A stretch of DNA of 64,000 nucleotides, taken from NCBI GenBank assembly GCA_027078545.1, contig JALWXN010000004.1, forward strand, positions 992,001 through 1,056,000. The letters run 5' to 3'. The DNA is from Nitrososphaeria archaeon. GTDB taxonomy: Archaea > Thermoproteota > Nitrososphaeria > Geothermarchaeales > JDFR-13. The notes beneath the pieces were generated by a model, which was not told where the DNA came from, searched no databases, and saw only the letters and a program-made list of their open reading frames with translations. The position numbers were made by a program, and so were the translations under genes. The stretch's first letter is position 1, and every line of letters begins with the position of its first letter. Shown here piece by piece: positions 49,301 to 59,174 of this stretch.

Positions 49301-50646
49301 GATACGAGAGGCTCAGACCCAAGCCCGAGGTAATAGCGAGTCTAAGGGGAGACGAGATGGAGCCTGTAGACCTAGTGGTATACGGGGCCTACAGCACCCT
49401 GAAGAAGTCTCCTAGCCACGTCCTCAAGAAGATGGATATGGAGGCCGGGAACGTAGAGAAGAGGAGGGAGCGCCTACTAAACATCACCCTCGAGAGCGGG
49501 CATCTAAGCGTCCTAGATCAGGCGGTCTTCACGGTATACGTCTCGGACATACCCAGGCTCTCAACACTCTTCCTAGTACAGCCCCTCTACCTAAGCCATC
49601 TACAGCAGAGTATGAGGAGGGTGGAGCCCTACGGACTAACACTCCCCGAGAGCCTAGCGAAGATAGACTGGCTAGACAGCCTACTCGACAAGTCCCTAGA
49701 CCTGTACTACGAGATGGTGGGGGACGGGATACCCAAGGAGGACGCTAGATACGTCATCCCACTCTACACCTCGACAAATATACAGACCGTGGGGAACGCC
49801 AGGGAGTATACAAACCTCCTACTCCTCTCACGCCAAGAAGGCGTCCCAAGCATAACCAGGGAGATAGTCGAGGAGATAATCAAGGAGCTTAGACAGGTCT
49901 CCAAAGGACTCTTCGAGGAGTATGGGGAGAACATGAATATACTCAAGTACTACCCACCCCCGAACATGTTCCGACTCCGACGCCTAGTGGTGGATAGACT
50001 GGCTGAGGAGGGTGGAGCCCCACGCCTCATAGACTACTCAGTAGTATATAGGCCCAGCAGGGAGGAGGTTGAGGAGGCCCTGATAGGGCTTAACACACCC
50101 CTCCTATCAGTCCTCAGGAACAACGTCTACCATGTCCTGACAAAGATGAGTATATCCACCCTACACCAGTTCCTACGCCAGAGGACGCTGAGCCACATAC
50201 CAGAGTCTATATACCATGCCCTCGAGAGGAGGGACTACGTAACCCCACCCACGATCCAACGCTCCCGCTACAGGGAGAGGTATATAGAGATGGTTGGCAA
50301 GCTCCACGAGGCGTATCATAGACTGGTGAGGATGGGGATACCCAGGGAGGACGCGGTAGGAGTAGTCAGCCACGCCCACGCCATATACGACCTGGTCAAG
50401 GTGGATGGGTGGAACATCATAGGGGCGATGCCCACCAGGAGATGTGTAAAGGCCCAGTGGGAGATCAGGAGGGTGGTTGGAGACATGGTCTTCAGGATAA
50501 GGGAGGTAGACCCAGTCCTACCCATCTACAGCCTACCGGGATGCATAGTATTCGGGAAGTGTCCAGAGAAGTATCCCTGTGAGTGGAAGGAGGAGTTCGA
50601 GAGTAAGGGGCCACTTGTCAGTAGGCCTCATACTCCCACTTATTAA
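49297..50646 (+). CDS. thyX: Flavin-dependent thymidylate synthase with two tandem ThyX domains (probable CTG start; first ATG at 49357)
   Basis: GHLSVLD, QQSMR, EDARYVIP, NARE; second repeat LHQFLRQR, EDA, RRC..AQWEIR. Confidence 0.8.
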   Translation: MRYERLRPKPEVIASLRGDEMEPVDLVVYGAYSTLKKSPSHVLKKMDMEAGNVEKRRERLLNITLESGHLSVLDQAVFTVYVSDIPRLSTLFLVQPLYLSHLQQSMRRVEPYGLTLPESLAKIDWLDSLLDKSLDLYYEMVGDGIPKEDARYVIPLYTSTNIQTVGNAREYTNLLLLSRQEGVPSITREIVEEIIKELRQVSKGLFEEYGENMNILKYYPPPNMFRLRRLVVDRLAEEGGAPRLIDYSVVYRPSREEVEEALIGLNTPLLSVLRNNVYHVLTKMSISTLHQFLRQRTLSHIPESIYHALERRDYVTPPTIQRSRYRERYIEMVGKLHEAYHRLVRMGIPREDAVGVVSHAHAIYDLVKVDGWNIIGAMPTRRCVKAQWEIRRVVGDMVFRIREVDPVLPIYSLPGCIVFGKCPEKYPCEWKEEFESKGPLVSRPHTPTY

Positions 50647-51643
50647 CCCCCTCCTGGAGGGGGATAGTTATCCTACACCTCCCACCCTTGAAGCTCACAC
50701 TAATCCCACTGGCCACGGCCCGTGAAAATACATCCCTAACCATCATCTCGACACAGAGCCTACACACCTGTCTAAGCCCACCACCAGCGACATTCCTATC
50801 CACTGCACGGGATAGTAGCCTAGCCATCCTAGGATATCTACAGTACGACTTGACGACATATCCACCCTCAGAAGCATCACTACCAGCCCAGTAGAGATAG
50901 GCATAGATCTCCCTATAATGACCCAGGAGCCCCCTCTCCACGAGGTAGGACATGCCGAAGTCCCGGGCCAGCTCCACCATCAATTCCCTAGGCCCCACCG
51001 CGTCATACAGGCTATATCCATCCACATAGTCAGAGACCATATCCATATAGAGCATGAACTCCAGCCTCCTAGAGACATGGCCAAGAGACACCGTAACCCC
51101 CAGATCCATGAGCCTCCTCAGGAGAGTGTGGAAGCTGGCGCTGTCTCCACCACCCATATATCCAGTCTCCACAAGCCTAACCACATCCCTGAAATACCTA
51201 GCCATGGTCTGCCTATCCGGGGGAGACCTGAAGCTGGACATGTTGAGTATCTCCATGACACGGCCACGCTTAATGCCATACCTGTCAAGCATCCTGATCT
51301 CGATATCGCTGAGCATCTCCCTAAGCAGCCTAGAGATCCTGATCCTAGCCCTACGTAGACGGGCCTGGGGAACAGCCCCCCTAGGCACATACTCGGAGAC
51401 CCTGCTATAAACCCGGCTTATGAGATACGTGTCATACACCATGAAGAAGAGGTAGCCTAGATACCCAGGCCCAGCATAGCTGCTGGGGTCATACGTAATC
51501 GGCATCTCAACAACGGAGGAGTAGAAAGACTCATATACAACCCCCCGCCACCCAGCATCGAGATAGGCCCTCTCATACCTCCTCCCATACTCGAGGGGGA
51601 GGTAGAGGACGGAGGAGAAGTTGTCGCTGGGCCTAGGAGACAT
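50618..51643 (-). CDS. Hypothetical protein with a Cys-containing, V4R-like C-terminus
   Basis: Long ORF with typical codon usage; C-terminal YC...VCRLC...GRCRITI. Confidence 0.6.
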   Translation of the reverse strand: MSPRPSDNFSSVLYLPLEYGRRYERAYLDAGWRGVVYESFYSSVVEMPITYDPSSYAGPGYLGYLFFMVYDTYLISRVYSRVSEYVPRGAVPQARLRRARIRISRLLREMLSDIEIRMLDRYGIKRGRVMEILNMSSFRSPPDRQTMARYFRDVVRLVETGYMGGGDSASFHTLLRRLMDLGVTVSLGHVSRRLEFMLYMDMVSDYVDGYSLYDAVGPRELMVELARDFGMSYLVERGLLGHYREIYAYLYWAGSDASEGGYVVKSYCRYPRMARLLSRAVDRNVAGGGLRQVCRLCVEMMVRDVFSRAVASGISVSFKGGRCRITIPLQEGVNKWEYEAY

Positions 51644-51769
51644 CTCTAATAATTAAGAGCCCATCGGCACGGATATTTCCCCGATGTGTAACCCTTACAC
51701 GGCCTAGGCGGCACAGCCCAGAGACCCATCAATAAATCAGTGGAGACATATAGTTTATCATTGGTCGGG

Positions 51770-52711
51770 ATGAGCAAGAGGAAGTGCATGTGGTGCGGCG
51801 GGGAGGCGACCATAGAGCTTAGATACGCCAGGCTCCTACTATGCGACGACTGCTTCAAGAAATACTTCATAAAGAGGATAGCCAAGACCGTCGAGGAGTA
51901 TAGGATGGTTAGGGAGGGGGAGAGGATAGGCGTCTTCTACGACGGCTCAAAACCATCGATAGCCCTCCTAGACGCACTTCCCCAGGCACTCCCCCGACAT
52001 GAGATCCACGCCATAATGATCGACATGGGCCTACCATACTACACGATAGAGGCCCGTACACCCCTCGAGGAGATAGCCAGGGAGAGGGGTATAGAGATAC
52101 ATGTATATAGCCTGCCAGACGAGAGGGGCTACTCGATAGAGGACTTCAGGGGGACGAAGTACTGGCCACGCATATGCAGCACATGCGCCCTGCTAAAGAG
52201 GTACTACAGCTCCTACGTAGCCAAGCAGGCAGGCCTCGACGTATTAGCTACGCCACACACCCTAGACGACGCTGTAGAGCTCCTCCTCACACTACTGGTG
52301 GATGGGAAGCTCGACGAGCTGGCCAGCTTCACACCTGTACAGGAGCCGGAGTTTCCGAACCAGGTCAGGAGGGTGAAGCCCCTGATAAAGACCTATGAAT
52401 GGGAGGTGGAGAAGTATATCGAGGTATCCGGCCTAGACACGGCCGGGGAATGCCCACTGAGGGAAGGCGCCCGGAGCACCTGGAGGAAGGAGGTCCTATC
52501 CAGGTTCGAGGAGCACGAGCCAGCCTTCCTAAGAAAGATGTATAGGAGCCTCACCAAGAAGCTGGCCCCAGTCCTGAGGGAGAGGTATGAGAGGCCCAGG
52601 CCAATACCCTGTAGGATATGTGGCGGTCCAAGCACAACAGGGATATGTGGGAGATGCGTGAGGGAGATCTACCTAAGGGATAGGAAGAAGCTGGACATAA
52701 AGATAGGGTGA
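51770..52711 (+). CDS. TtuA/Ncs6 paralogue with a degenerate PP-loop
   Basis: Both Zn fingers, CSTC, HTLDD, KPL and CP are kept; SGGKDS is replaced by DGSKPS. Confidence 0.82.
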   Translation: MSKRKCMWCGGEATIELRYARLLLCDDCFKKYFIKRIAKTVEEYRMVREGERIGVFYDGSKPSIALLDALPQALPRHEIHAIMIDMGLPYYTIEARTPLEEIARERGIEIHVYSLPDERGYSIEDFRGTKYWPRICSTCALLKRYYSSYVAKQAGLDVLATPHTLDDAVELLLTLLVDGKLDELASFTPVQEPEFPNQVRRVKPLIKTYEWEVEKYIEVSGLDTAGECPLREGARSTWRKEVLSRFEEHEPAFLRKMYRSLTKKLAPVLRERYERPRPIPCRICGGPSTTGICGRCVREIYLRDRKKLDIKIG

Positions 52712-52715
52712 GGCG

Positions 52716-54077
52716 ATGGGGGAGATAATCCTCGACAGGGACACCAAGGTAATAATCCATAGGGGGGAGAACGAGATAGGCGGGACGATAATAGAGATTA
52801 GGACACGGGACGAGGCGATCATCCTAGACTTCGGCATATCCTACTCCAGGCGGAAGAAGTTCTATGACCCCCTATATAGACGGCCAAGGGGGGTTGAGGA
52901 GCTCATACGCCTAGGCATAGTACCGCCTAGGGAAGGGCTATATACCATCTGGCGCGACGATGGAGAGTATAATGAGAATCCCGAGACCGACGTGATAGGC
53001 GCCTTCATATCCCATGCCCATACAGACCACATAGGCCTACTAGCCCACATAAACGGGAACATACCCGTATACCTGGGCCACGCCGCACACCTAATTAACA
53101 ACGTATACCTGGAGAAGTCTAGGAGGGAGAGGTACAGCCTCAAGAGGAGGGAGGATATAGAAATAGAGACCTTCAGGACCGGAGACGTGATAAGTGTGGG
53201 GAGCTTCAGGGTAAGACCTATACACGTCGACCACAGCATACCCGGGGCATACTCATTCCTAGTAGAGACACCCGGCGGACTCATCCTCTACACAGGGGAC
53301 TTCAGGCTCCATGGAAACAACTATAGGCTAACCCAGGACATGGTCGCTACAGCCGAGTCTGAAGACGTCGAGCTAATGATCACCGAGGGCACCAGGGTAC
53401 ACGGCGGGACAAACATGGATGAGGAGAGGGTCTACAGGGAGATAATGAAGATAATGGATTCCTACCACGGGGAGGTCCTGGTAGAGAGCAACGCTAGGGA
53501 CTACGACAGATACGTATCGATACTGAGGGCGGCAGCCGAGACGGGGAGGAAGGTCGTGATGACCGATGAGCACCTGATATACTTCGTCAGGGGGATGTAT
53601 AGAGACCATAAGCTGAGGAGGAGCCTGGAGAGGGATATAGGCGACCCTAGAGACCTAGTCCAAGGCCTAGTCCCAGGCGGTGTAGAGAAGAGGAGGAGAG
53701 ACAAGAAGAAGGATGTCCTGGAGAAGATCATGGATGACGATGGATTCACAGTGGTGGGGGAGTATAATTATGACAGGGACAACGTACTCCTAGGATTCTA
53801 TAGGATAGTCCAGGACATCTACGACAAGGGTGGAGAAAGGATAGCCATAATAAGCAACTCAGAGCCCTTCGACGAGGAGGGTGAGACAGACGAGGCGAGG
53901 CTACGGAACTGGCTGACAGTTATGGGGGCACCCTCATATAGGGTCCACTGTAGCGGCCACATATCCATGCTAGACCTGAAGAAGATAGTCGAGAGGATAG
54001 AGCCTAGGAGGCTGAAGGTCGTACACTCAGAGTACCCCGAGCTCGTGGCGAGGTTCCTCGGGATAGGGGAGGGGTAA
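52716..54077 (+). CDS. Metallo-beta-lactamase/beta-CASP ribonuclease (RNase J-like)
   Basis: EIGG, SHAHTDH, VDHS, YTGDFR, EGT, SGH, VH. Confidence 0.85.
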   Translation: MGEIILDRDTKVIIHRGENEIGGTIIEIRTRDEAIILDFGISYSRRKKFYDPLYRRPRGVEELIRLGIVPPREGLYTIWRDDGEYNENPETDVIGAFISHAHTDHIGLLAHINGNIPVYLGHAAHLINNVYLEKSRRERYSLKRREDIEIETFRTGDVISVGSFRVRPIHVDHSIPGAYSFLVETPGGLILYTGDFRLHGNNYRLTQDMVATAESEDVELMITEGTRVHGGTNMDEERVYREIMKIMDSYHGEVLVESNARDYDRYVSILRAAAETGRKVVMTDEHLIYFVRGMYRDHKLRRSLERDIGDPRDLVQGLVPGGVEKRRRDKKKDVLEKIMDDDGFTVVGEYNYDRDNVLLGFYRIVQDIYDKGGERIAIISNSEPFDEEGETDEARLRNWLTVMGAPSYRVHCSGHISMLDLKKIVERIEPRRLKVVHSEYPELVARFLGIGEG

Positions 54078-54135
54078 TTACACCCTATTATATTGTATCT
54101 CGCCACAATCATAGATACTTGTCCGGGGGGTAGAT

Positions 54136-55854
54136 GTGGAGAGGATCCTCCATGACCTATTAATAATCGGCAGCGGCCTGGCAGGGCTCAGAGCAGCGGC
54201 GGCCGCAACCCTCAAGAGCGGCGGGAAGCTCGACATAGCCGTGATATCAAAGCTATACGCTAATAGGAGCCACAGCGTAGCAGCCCAGGGAGGGACAGCC
54301 GCAGTTCTATACCCCAACGAGGGGGACAGCTTCATACTACATGCGTGGGACACGATCAAGGGCTCAGACTTCCTAGCAGACCAGGACGCGGTCATGATAC
54401 TGGTCAGGGAGGCGCCTAAGGAGATCTACTTCCTCGAGCACTGGGGGATGCCATGGAACAGGAGGGAGGACGGGAGGATAGCGCAGAGGAAGTTCGGTGG
54501 GCACAGCTTCCCCAGGGCGACCTACGCAGTCGATAAGACAGGCCTATTCGAGATGCAGACCCTATGGGGGATCATACAGAGATACGACAACATAACGGTC
54601 TACAACGAGCACTACGTGACCAACCTCATCGTGGAGCAGGGAAGATTCAAGGGCGTATTCGCCATAGACATGAAGACAGGCGAGATGAAGGCGATACTAG
54701 GCAAGGCCGGGATCCTAGCCACCGGGATGGGGCTCAGGATGTATAAATTCACGACCTACAGCCTCAGCCAGACAGGTGATGGGGGAGCCATAGCATTGAG
54801 AGCAGGGCTAGCCCTGAAGGACATGGAGTTCGTCCAGTTCCACCCCACAGGCCTAGTACCGTCGGGCATACTCATCACAGAGGGCGCCAGGGGAGAGGGT
54901 GGATACCTGAGGAACAACAAGGGGGAGAGATTCATGAAGAGATACGCCCCCGACAGGATGGAGATAGCCCCCAGGGACGTAGTCTCGAGGGCTGAGATGA
55001 CCGAGATACTCGAGGGGAGAGGCTTCAAGGGGCCGGGAGGCCTCGACTATGTCCATCTAGACCTGACCCATCTAGGGGCGGACCATATAAATTCTAAGCT
55101 ACCCCTAGTCAGGGAGGTCTCGATAAAGTTCGCAGGTGTAGACCCTATAAACGAGCCGATACCCGTGAGGCCCGTGGCCCACTACCCAATGGGGGGTGTG
55201 AAGATATCGATATACGGCGAGACAGATATCAAGGGGCTATGGGCCGCCGGCGAGGTAGGATGCCTAAGCGTACACGGAGCCAACAGGCTTGGAAGCAACT
55301 CCACAATAGAATGCCTAGTCTGGGGGAGGATAACGGGAGAGGCGGCCGCTGAATACCTTATGAACCATGCGGACGGCACAGTCACCATAGACAAGGAGAG
55401 GGAGAAGGAGGAGGAGCGCTGGATATACGACCACTTCATGGGCAGGGAGACGGGTGAAGACCCCTACCAGATAAGGAGGGAGCTGAGGGAGGTTATGGAC
55501 AAGGACTTCTACGTATTCAGGAACGGGAGGGATATGGAGGAGGGCCTAAAGAAGATTAGGGAGCTCAGGGAGAGGGCCGAGAAGATGTATGTAGCCGATA
55601 AGAACAGGGTCTACAACCTAGACCTGATATACACACTGGAGACATACAACATGGTACAGGTCTCAGAGGCCATAGCGCTAGGCGCATACCTCAGGACAGA
55701 GTCGAGGGGGGCGCACTACAGAACCGACTATCCAAAGAGGGACGACAAGAACTGGCTGAAACACACCCTCGTATGGCTCACAAAGGACGGGCTGGAGGTT
55801 GGATACGAGCCCGTGAGGATCCTCCTATGGAAACCCACCGAGAGGAAGTATTGA
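54136..55854 (+). CDS. sdhA: Succinate dehydrogenase/fumarate reductase flavoprotein
   Basis: [42 protein letters not shown]. Confidence 0.96.
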   Translation: MERILHDLLIIGSGLAGLRAAAAATLKSGGKLDIAVISKLYANRSHSVAAQGGTAAVLYPNEGDSFILHAWDTIKGSDFLADQDAVMILVREAPKEIYFLEHWGMPWNRREDGRIAQRKFGGHSFPRATYAVDKTGLFEMQTLWGIIQRYDNITVYNEHYVTNLIVEQGRFKGVFAIDMKTGEMKAILGKAGILATGMGLRMYKFTTYSLSQTGDGGAIALRAGLALKDMEFVQFHPTGLVPSGILITEGARGEGGYLRNNKGERFMKRYAPDRMEIAPRDVVSRAEMTEILEGRGFKGPGGLDYVHLDLTHLGADHINSKLPLVREVSIKFAGVDPINEPIPVRPVAHYPMGGVKISIYGETDIKGLWAAGEVGCLSVHGANRLGSNSTIECLVWGRITGEAAAEYLMNHADGTVTIDKEREKEEERWIYDHFMGRETGEDPYQIRRELREVMDKDFYVFRNGRDMEEGLKKIRELRERAEKMYVADKNRVYNLDLIYTLETYNMVQVSEAIALGAYLRTESRGAHYRTDYPKRDDKNWLKHTLVWLTKDGLEVGYEPVRILLWKPTERKY

Positions 55855-55855
55855 G

Positions 55856-56308
55856 GTGGTGAATATGTCGAAGAAGGGGAGGAAGGGGATCCTCGGATGG
55901 ATAATACCCATAACGAATATAGAGAGGCTCCTATACAGCCTCCACAGGATAACGGGTATAGGCCTCACCCTATACCTCTTCATACACATATACGAGACGA
56001 GCATGCGTGCACTGGGTAGGGAGACATGGATATCCACATCCGAGTTCCTAGACAACCCGGTCTTCCACATAGGCCTACTCCTAGTAGTCCTCGCAGCCAT
56101 ATTCCACGGGGCAAACGGGATAAGGCTGATACTCCAGGAGCTAGGCCTCATAGCTCCTAAGCCCACCCAGCCAGTATACCCATATAGGAAGTACCATAGG
56201 GAAAGGAGGGTCTACATGGTCACTATAACCATGCTGATCCTAGGCATAGGAGTAGCGATATTCGCCCTCCGAGACTTCCTGATCCTACTGGAGGTGCTTG
56301 GGAAGTGA
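55856..56308 (+). CDS. sdhC: Succinate dehydrogenase cytochrome b subunit
   Basis: HRITG, FHGANGIR, 3 TM. Confidence 0.88.
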   Translation: MVNMSKKGRKGILGWIIPITNIERLLYSLHRITGIGLTLYLFIHIYETSMRALGRETWISTSEFLDNPVFHIGLLLVVLAAIFHGANGIRLILQELGLIAPKPTQPVYPYRKYHRERRVYMVTITMLILGIGVAIFALRDFLILLEVLGK

Positions 56309-56652
56309 ATGGGAGGATAAGGCTGGGGATATACTTCTCGGGAGCCCTACTGGTGGTGCTGGTCCTAATACACCTCTCACTATTCTCATACTGGTTCGTC
56401 GAGGAGGGATACTACACAGGGATGTCCTGGGAAGCAGTCTCTGAGAGGATGAACAGCATATTATGGGACGCCTTCTACCTAGTATTCCTCACAACCGTCA
56501 TGGCACACTCCTACATAGGGATCAGGAACATCCTATTCGAATACATCACCTCCGAGGGGGGCAGGAGACTCATAACCTATGCCCTAGCCCTCATATGGAT
56601 ATCCGCATACATCTATGGACTAATACCCATAATAGCCTCGGCAGGTGGTTAG
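56305..56652 (+). CDS. sdhD: Succinate dehydrogenase hydrophobic anchor
   Basis: 3 TM, H..., HSYIGIRNILFEY. Confidence 0.85.
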   Translation: MNGRIRLGIYFSGALLVVLVLIHLSLFSYWFVEEGYYTGMSWEAVSERMNSILWDAFYLVFLTTVMAHSYIGIRNILFEYITSEGGRRLITYALALIWISAYIYGLIPIIASAGG

Positions 56653-57532
56653 GATGGAGGAGAAGAAGGTCATATTTAGGCTCAGGAGATACGACCCGGA
56701 GACAGGCGGGTATAGAGAGGATAGGTATGAGGTCCCGGTATATAGGGGGATGACCGTACTCGACGGCCTGATATGGATAAAGGAGAACCTCGACAGGACT
56801 GTCAGCTACAGGGCGAGCTGCAGGATGGGCCTATGTGGGAGCTGCGGAATGACCGTCAATGGGAGGCCCACCCTGACATGTGAGACCCAGATACTCAGCC
56901 TAGAGAGGGACGAGCTGACGATAGAGCCCCTATACAACATGGAGCCTGTAAGAGACCTAGTCGCAGACTTCCACCAGTTCTTCAAGAACCAGAGGGCGAT
57001 AAAGCCATACCTAATAAGGAGGGATATCGAGGAGCAGGTAGAGCCGACGAGGGAGTATCTACAGGACCCGGAGGAGTGGAACCTCTACATACAGTTCGCC
57101 ATGTGTATAACCTGCGGCCTATGCTACTCGGCATGCCCAACCACAGCCACTAATGAGAAGTACCTAGGCCCACAGGCACTGGCAAACCTCTTCCGCTTCT
57201 ACATAGACAGTAGGGACGAGGGGTGGGAGGAGAGGCTAGCCATAGCCGACTCGTTGGACGGGGTATGGGGATGCCACCTAGCGACGGGCTGCTCAGAGGT
57301 ATGCCCCAAAGGTGTCGACCCAGCACTCGCTATACAGCTCCTAAGACGGGAGATCTTGAGGAAGAACCTGGGTAGGAAGACTAGGCGGGAGGCCAGGCCA
57401 CTCGCACCCCTACTACCCCCAGAGGAGGAGAGTCCATACAGGGCCTTCGGAGAGGCCCCAGAATTCACGGTCGAGGGTGCGGAGGAGGCCGCCGAGAAGT
57501 TCAATATTCTACACGACCCCAGGAAGAGGTAA
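56645..57532 (+). CDS. sdhB: Succinate dehydrogenase iron-sulfur subunit
   Basis: CRMGLCGSC, CITCGLCYSACP, CHLATGCSEVCP (3Fe-4S type); ATG alternative at 56654. Confidence 0.95.
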   Translation: MVRMEEKKVIFRLRRYDPETGGYREDRYEVPVYRGMTVLDGLIWIKENLDRTVSYRASCRMGLCGSCGMTVNGRPTLTCETQILSLERDELTIEPLYNMEPVRDLVADFHQFFKNQRAIKPYLIRRDIEEQVEPTREYLQDPEEWNLYIQFAMCITCGLCYSACPTTATNEKYLGPQALANLFRFYIDSRDEGWEERLAIADSLDGVWGCHLATGCSEVCPKGVDPALAIQLLRREILRKNLGRKTRREARPLAPLLPPEEESPYRAFGEAPEFTVEGAEEAAEKFNILHDPRKR

Positions 57533-57541
57533 ACCGGACAC

Positions 57542-58510
57542 ATGGATCTCCACGAGATATACAGTGGGGTTGAGAGGGGGGAGCTCCTAAACCTGGCATA
57601 CCCATCACTGGGCCATATAGCGGAGCCAAGCGATGCGCCTAGGCGGGATATAGACCTCTCCACAGCAGCGGAGAAGTATATGGAGAGCCTCGGACTGGGG
57701 AGTGGATGGAGGGCATCAGCAGTCCCGAGCCCCAGGGAGGCCATAGAGGCAGTAGCATCCCTACTACCCAGGGGTAGGACAGCCTATGCACTCCCATGGC
57801 ATACAGAGGCTGAGAAGGCTCTGAAGAGGATCTACAAGCCACTCGTCTCCATACCAGTCGATGGAGCCGACCCAATACCCAGCTTCCTAGACTATAACTT
57901 CGAGTATGACGGCCTATACTACATAGAGACTCCCGACAGGACCACGGGCAAGACCTACCTAGACCTCCTAGCGAAGATCGTTGAGACCCTTGTGGACAAG
58001 GCCGGACTCATACTCATCGACATAACATATCTACACACGATCCCCATAGAGGAGAGGAGAGCGGTGGCCAGGCTCCTATCCATAGAGGAGGTATGGGCCG
58101 CATACCTAGCCAGGCTACCAGAGTCCCTGACGAGGCACGACTATACAGCCCCGATCCTCATACATAGGATAGATGGTTTAGACGTAGAGCAGGCACCACC
58201 ACCCATAGCCAGATCCACAGCATCAGACCTCATCTACCAGACCAGCCTCTGGGACGGCCTGATAGACACAGTCTCGGAGACCATAGGCCTGAGAAAGGAG
58301 GTGCTGAGGGAGATAGGCATAGAGGCCTGGGGAGCCTCCGTAACAATAGAGGTTGAAGACCCGGGAGACGCGGAGTTGATAGCGAGGTCTAGAGGGGTCG
58401 TCCTCAGGAGGGTTGACAGCATCAGGAGGATAGGGATGAGCCTCTACACAAGGACAGACTTCCCCAAGGCGGTGGAGAAGATCCGGGATGTCCTCGAGGC
58501 CAGACCCTAG
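57542..58510 (+). CDS. Degenerate fold-type I PLP aminotransferase-like protein
   Basis: LLNLAYP, YYIETPDRTTG (cf. NPxNPTG), ILIDITY (cf. DEAY); no Schiff-base Lys where expected. Confidence 0.5.
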   Translation: MDLHEIYSGVERGELLNLAYPSLGHIAEPSDAPRRDIDLSTAAEKYMESLGLGSGWRASAVPSPREAIEAVASLLPRGRTAYALPWHTEAEKALKRIYKPLVSIPVDGADPIPSFLDYNFEYDGLYYIETPDRTTGKTYLDLLAKIVETLVDKAGLILIDITYLHTIPIEERRAVARLLSIEEVWAAYLARLPESLTRHDYTAPILIHRIDGLDVEQAPPPIARSTASDLIYQTSLWDGLIDTVSETIGLRKEVLREIGIEAWGASVTIEVEDPGDAELIARSRGVVLRRVDSIRRIGMSLYTRTDFPKAVEKIRDVLEARP

Positions 58511-59174
58511 GGAGGTCTATAGGAGGCTGAGGAGAGCCGTAGAGCTAGGGAGGCAGAGGTTCACCACCCTAGAGGCAGGCCAGAACATATTCGCCAAGGC
58601 AGTCGCCACAATACTCAGCCAGAACACCAACGACGAGAACAGTATAGCGGCGTACCAAGAGCTTAGCAGGAAGGTGGAGGTAACCCCAGAGTCGATGCTC
58701 AGGATAAGCATCGAGGAGCTTGAGAACCTCATCAGGAGGGCGGGCCTACAGAGGCAGAAGGCAAGAGCCATAAAGAACCTAGCAAAGAAGGTTGTTGAGG
58801 ATCTGGGTGGAGACCTAGCCAGACTAGGAGAGATGGATACAGAGAGGGCTAGGGAGTGGCTCCTAGGGATAGAGGGGATAGGCAAGAAGACTGCAGATAT
58901 AATCCTGATAAACCTGGGCCACCCAACATTCCCAGTAGACACCCACATCTCAAGGATCACATGTAGACTCGGGATAACAGACAGCAGGCGGTACGACGAG
59001 GTCTCAAGGGCATGGATAGAGGCCCTAGACCCCAGCCAGTACCACGACGCACACCTAAGGCTAATAGCATTCGGCAGAACAGTCTGCACAAGCAGGAGCC
59101 CCAGGTGTGGAGACTGCGTTTTAAACGATATATGCCGATACTATAGCGAAGATGGTCAGGGTTGTAAGGCTTAG
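58488..59174 (+). CDS. nth: Endonuclease III (HhH-GPD, 4Fe-4S)
   Basis: ILSQNT, GIGKKTAD, PVDTH, CTSRSPRCGDCVLNDIC. Confidence 0.93.
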   Translation: MSSRPDPREVYRRLRRAVELGRQRFTTLEAGQNIFAKAVATILSQNTNDENSIAAYQELSRKVEVTPESMLRISIEELENLIRRAGLQRQKARAIKNLAKKVVEDLGGDLARLGEMDTERAREWLLGIEGIGKKTADIILINLGHPTFPVDTHISRITCRLGITDSRRYDEVSRAWIEALDPSQYHDAHLRLIAFGRTVCTSRSPRCGDCVLNDICRYYSEDGQGCKA

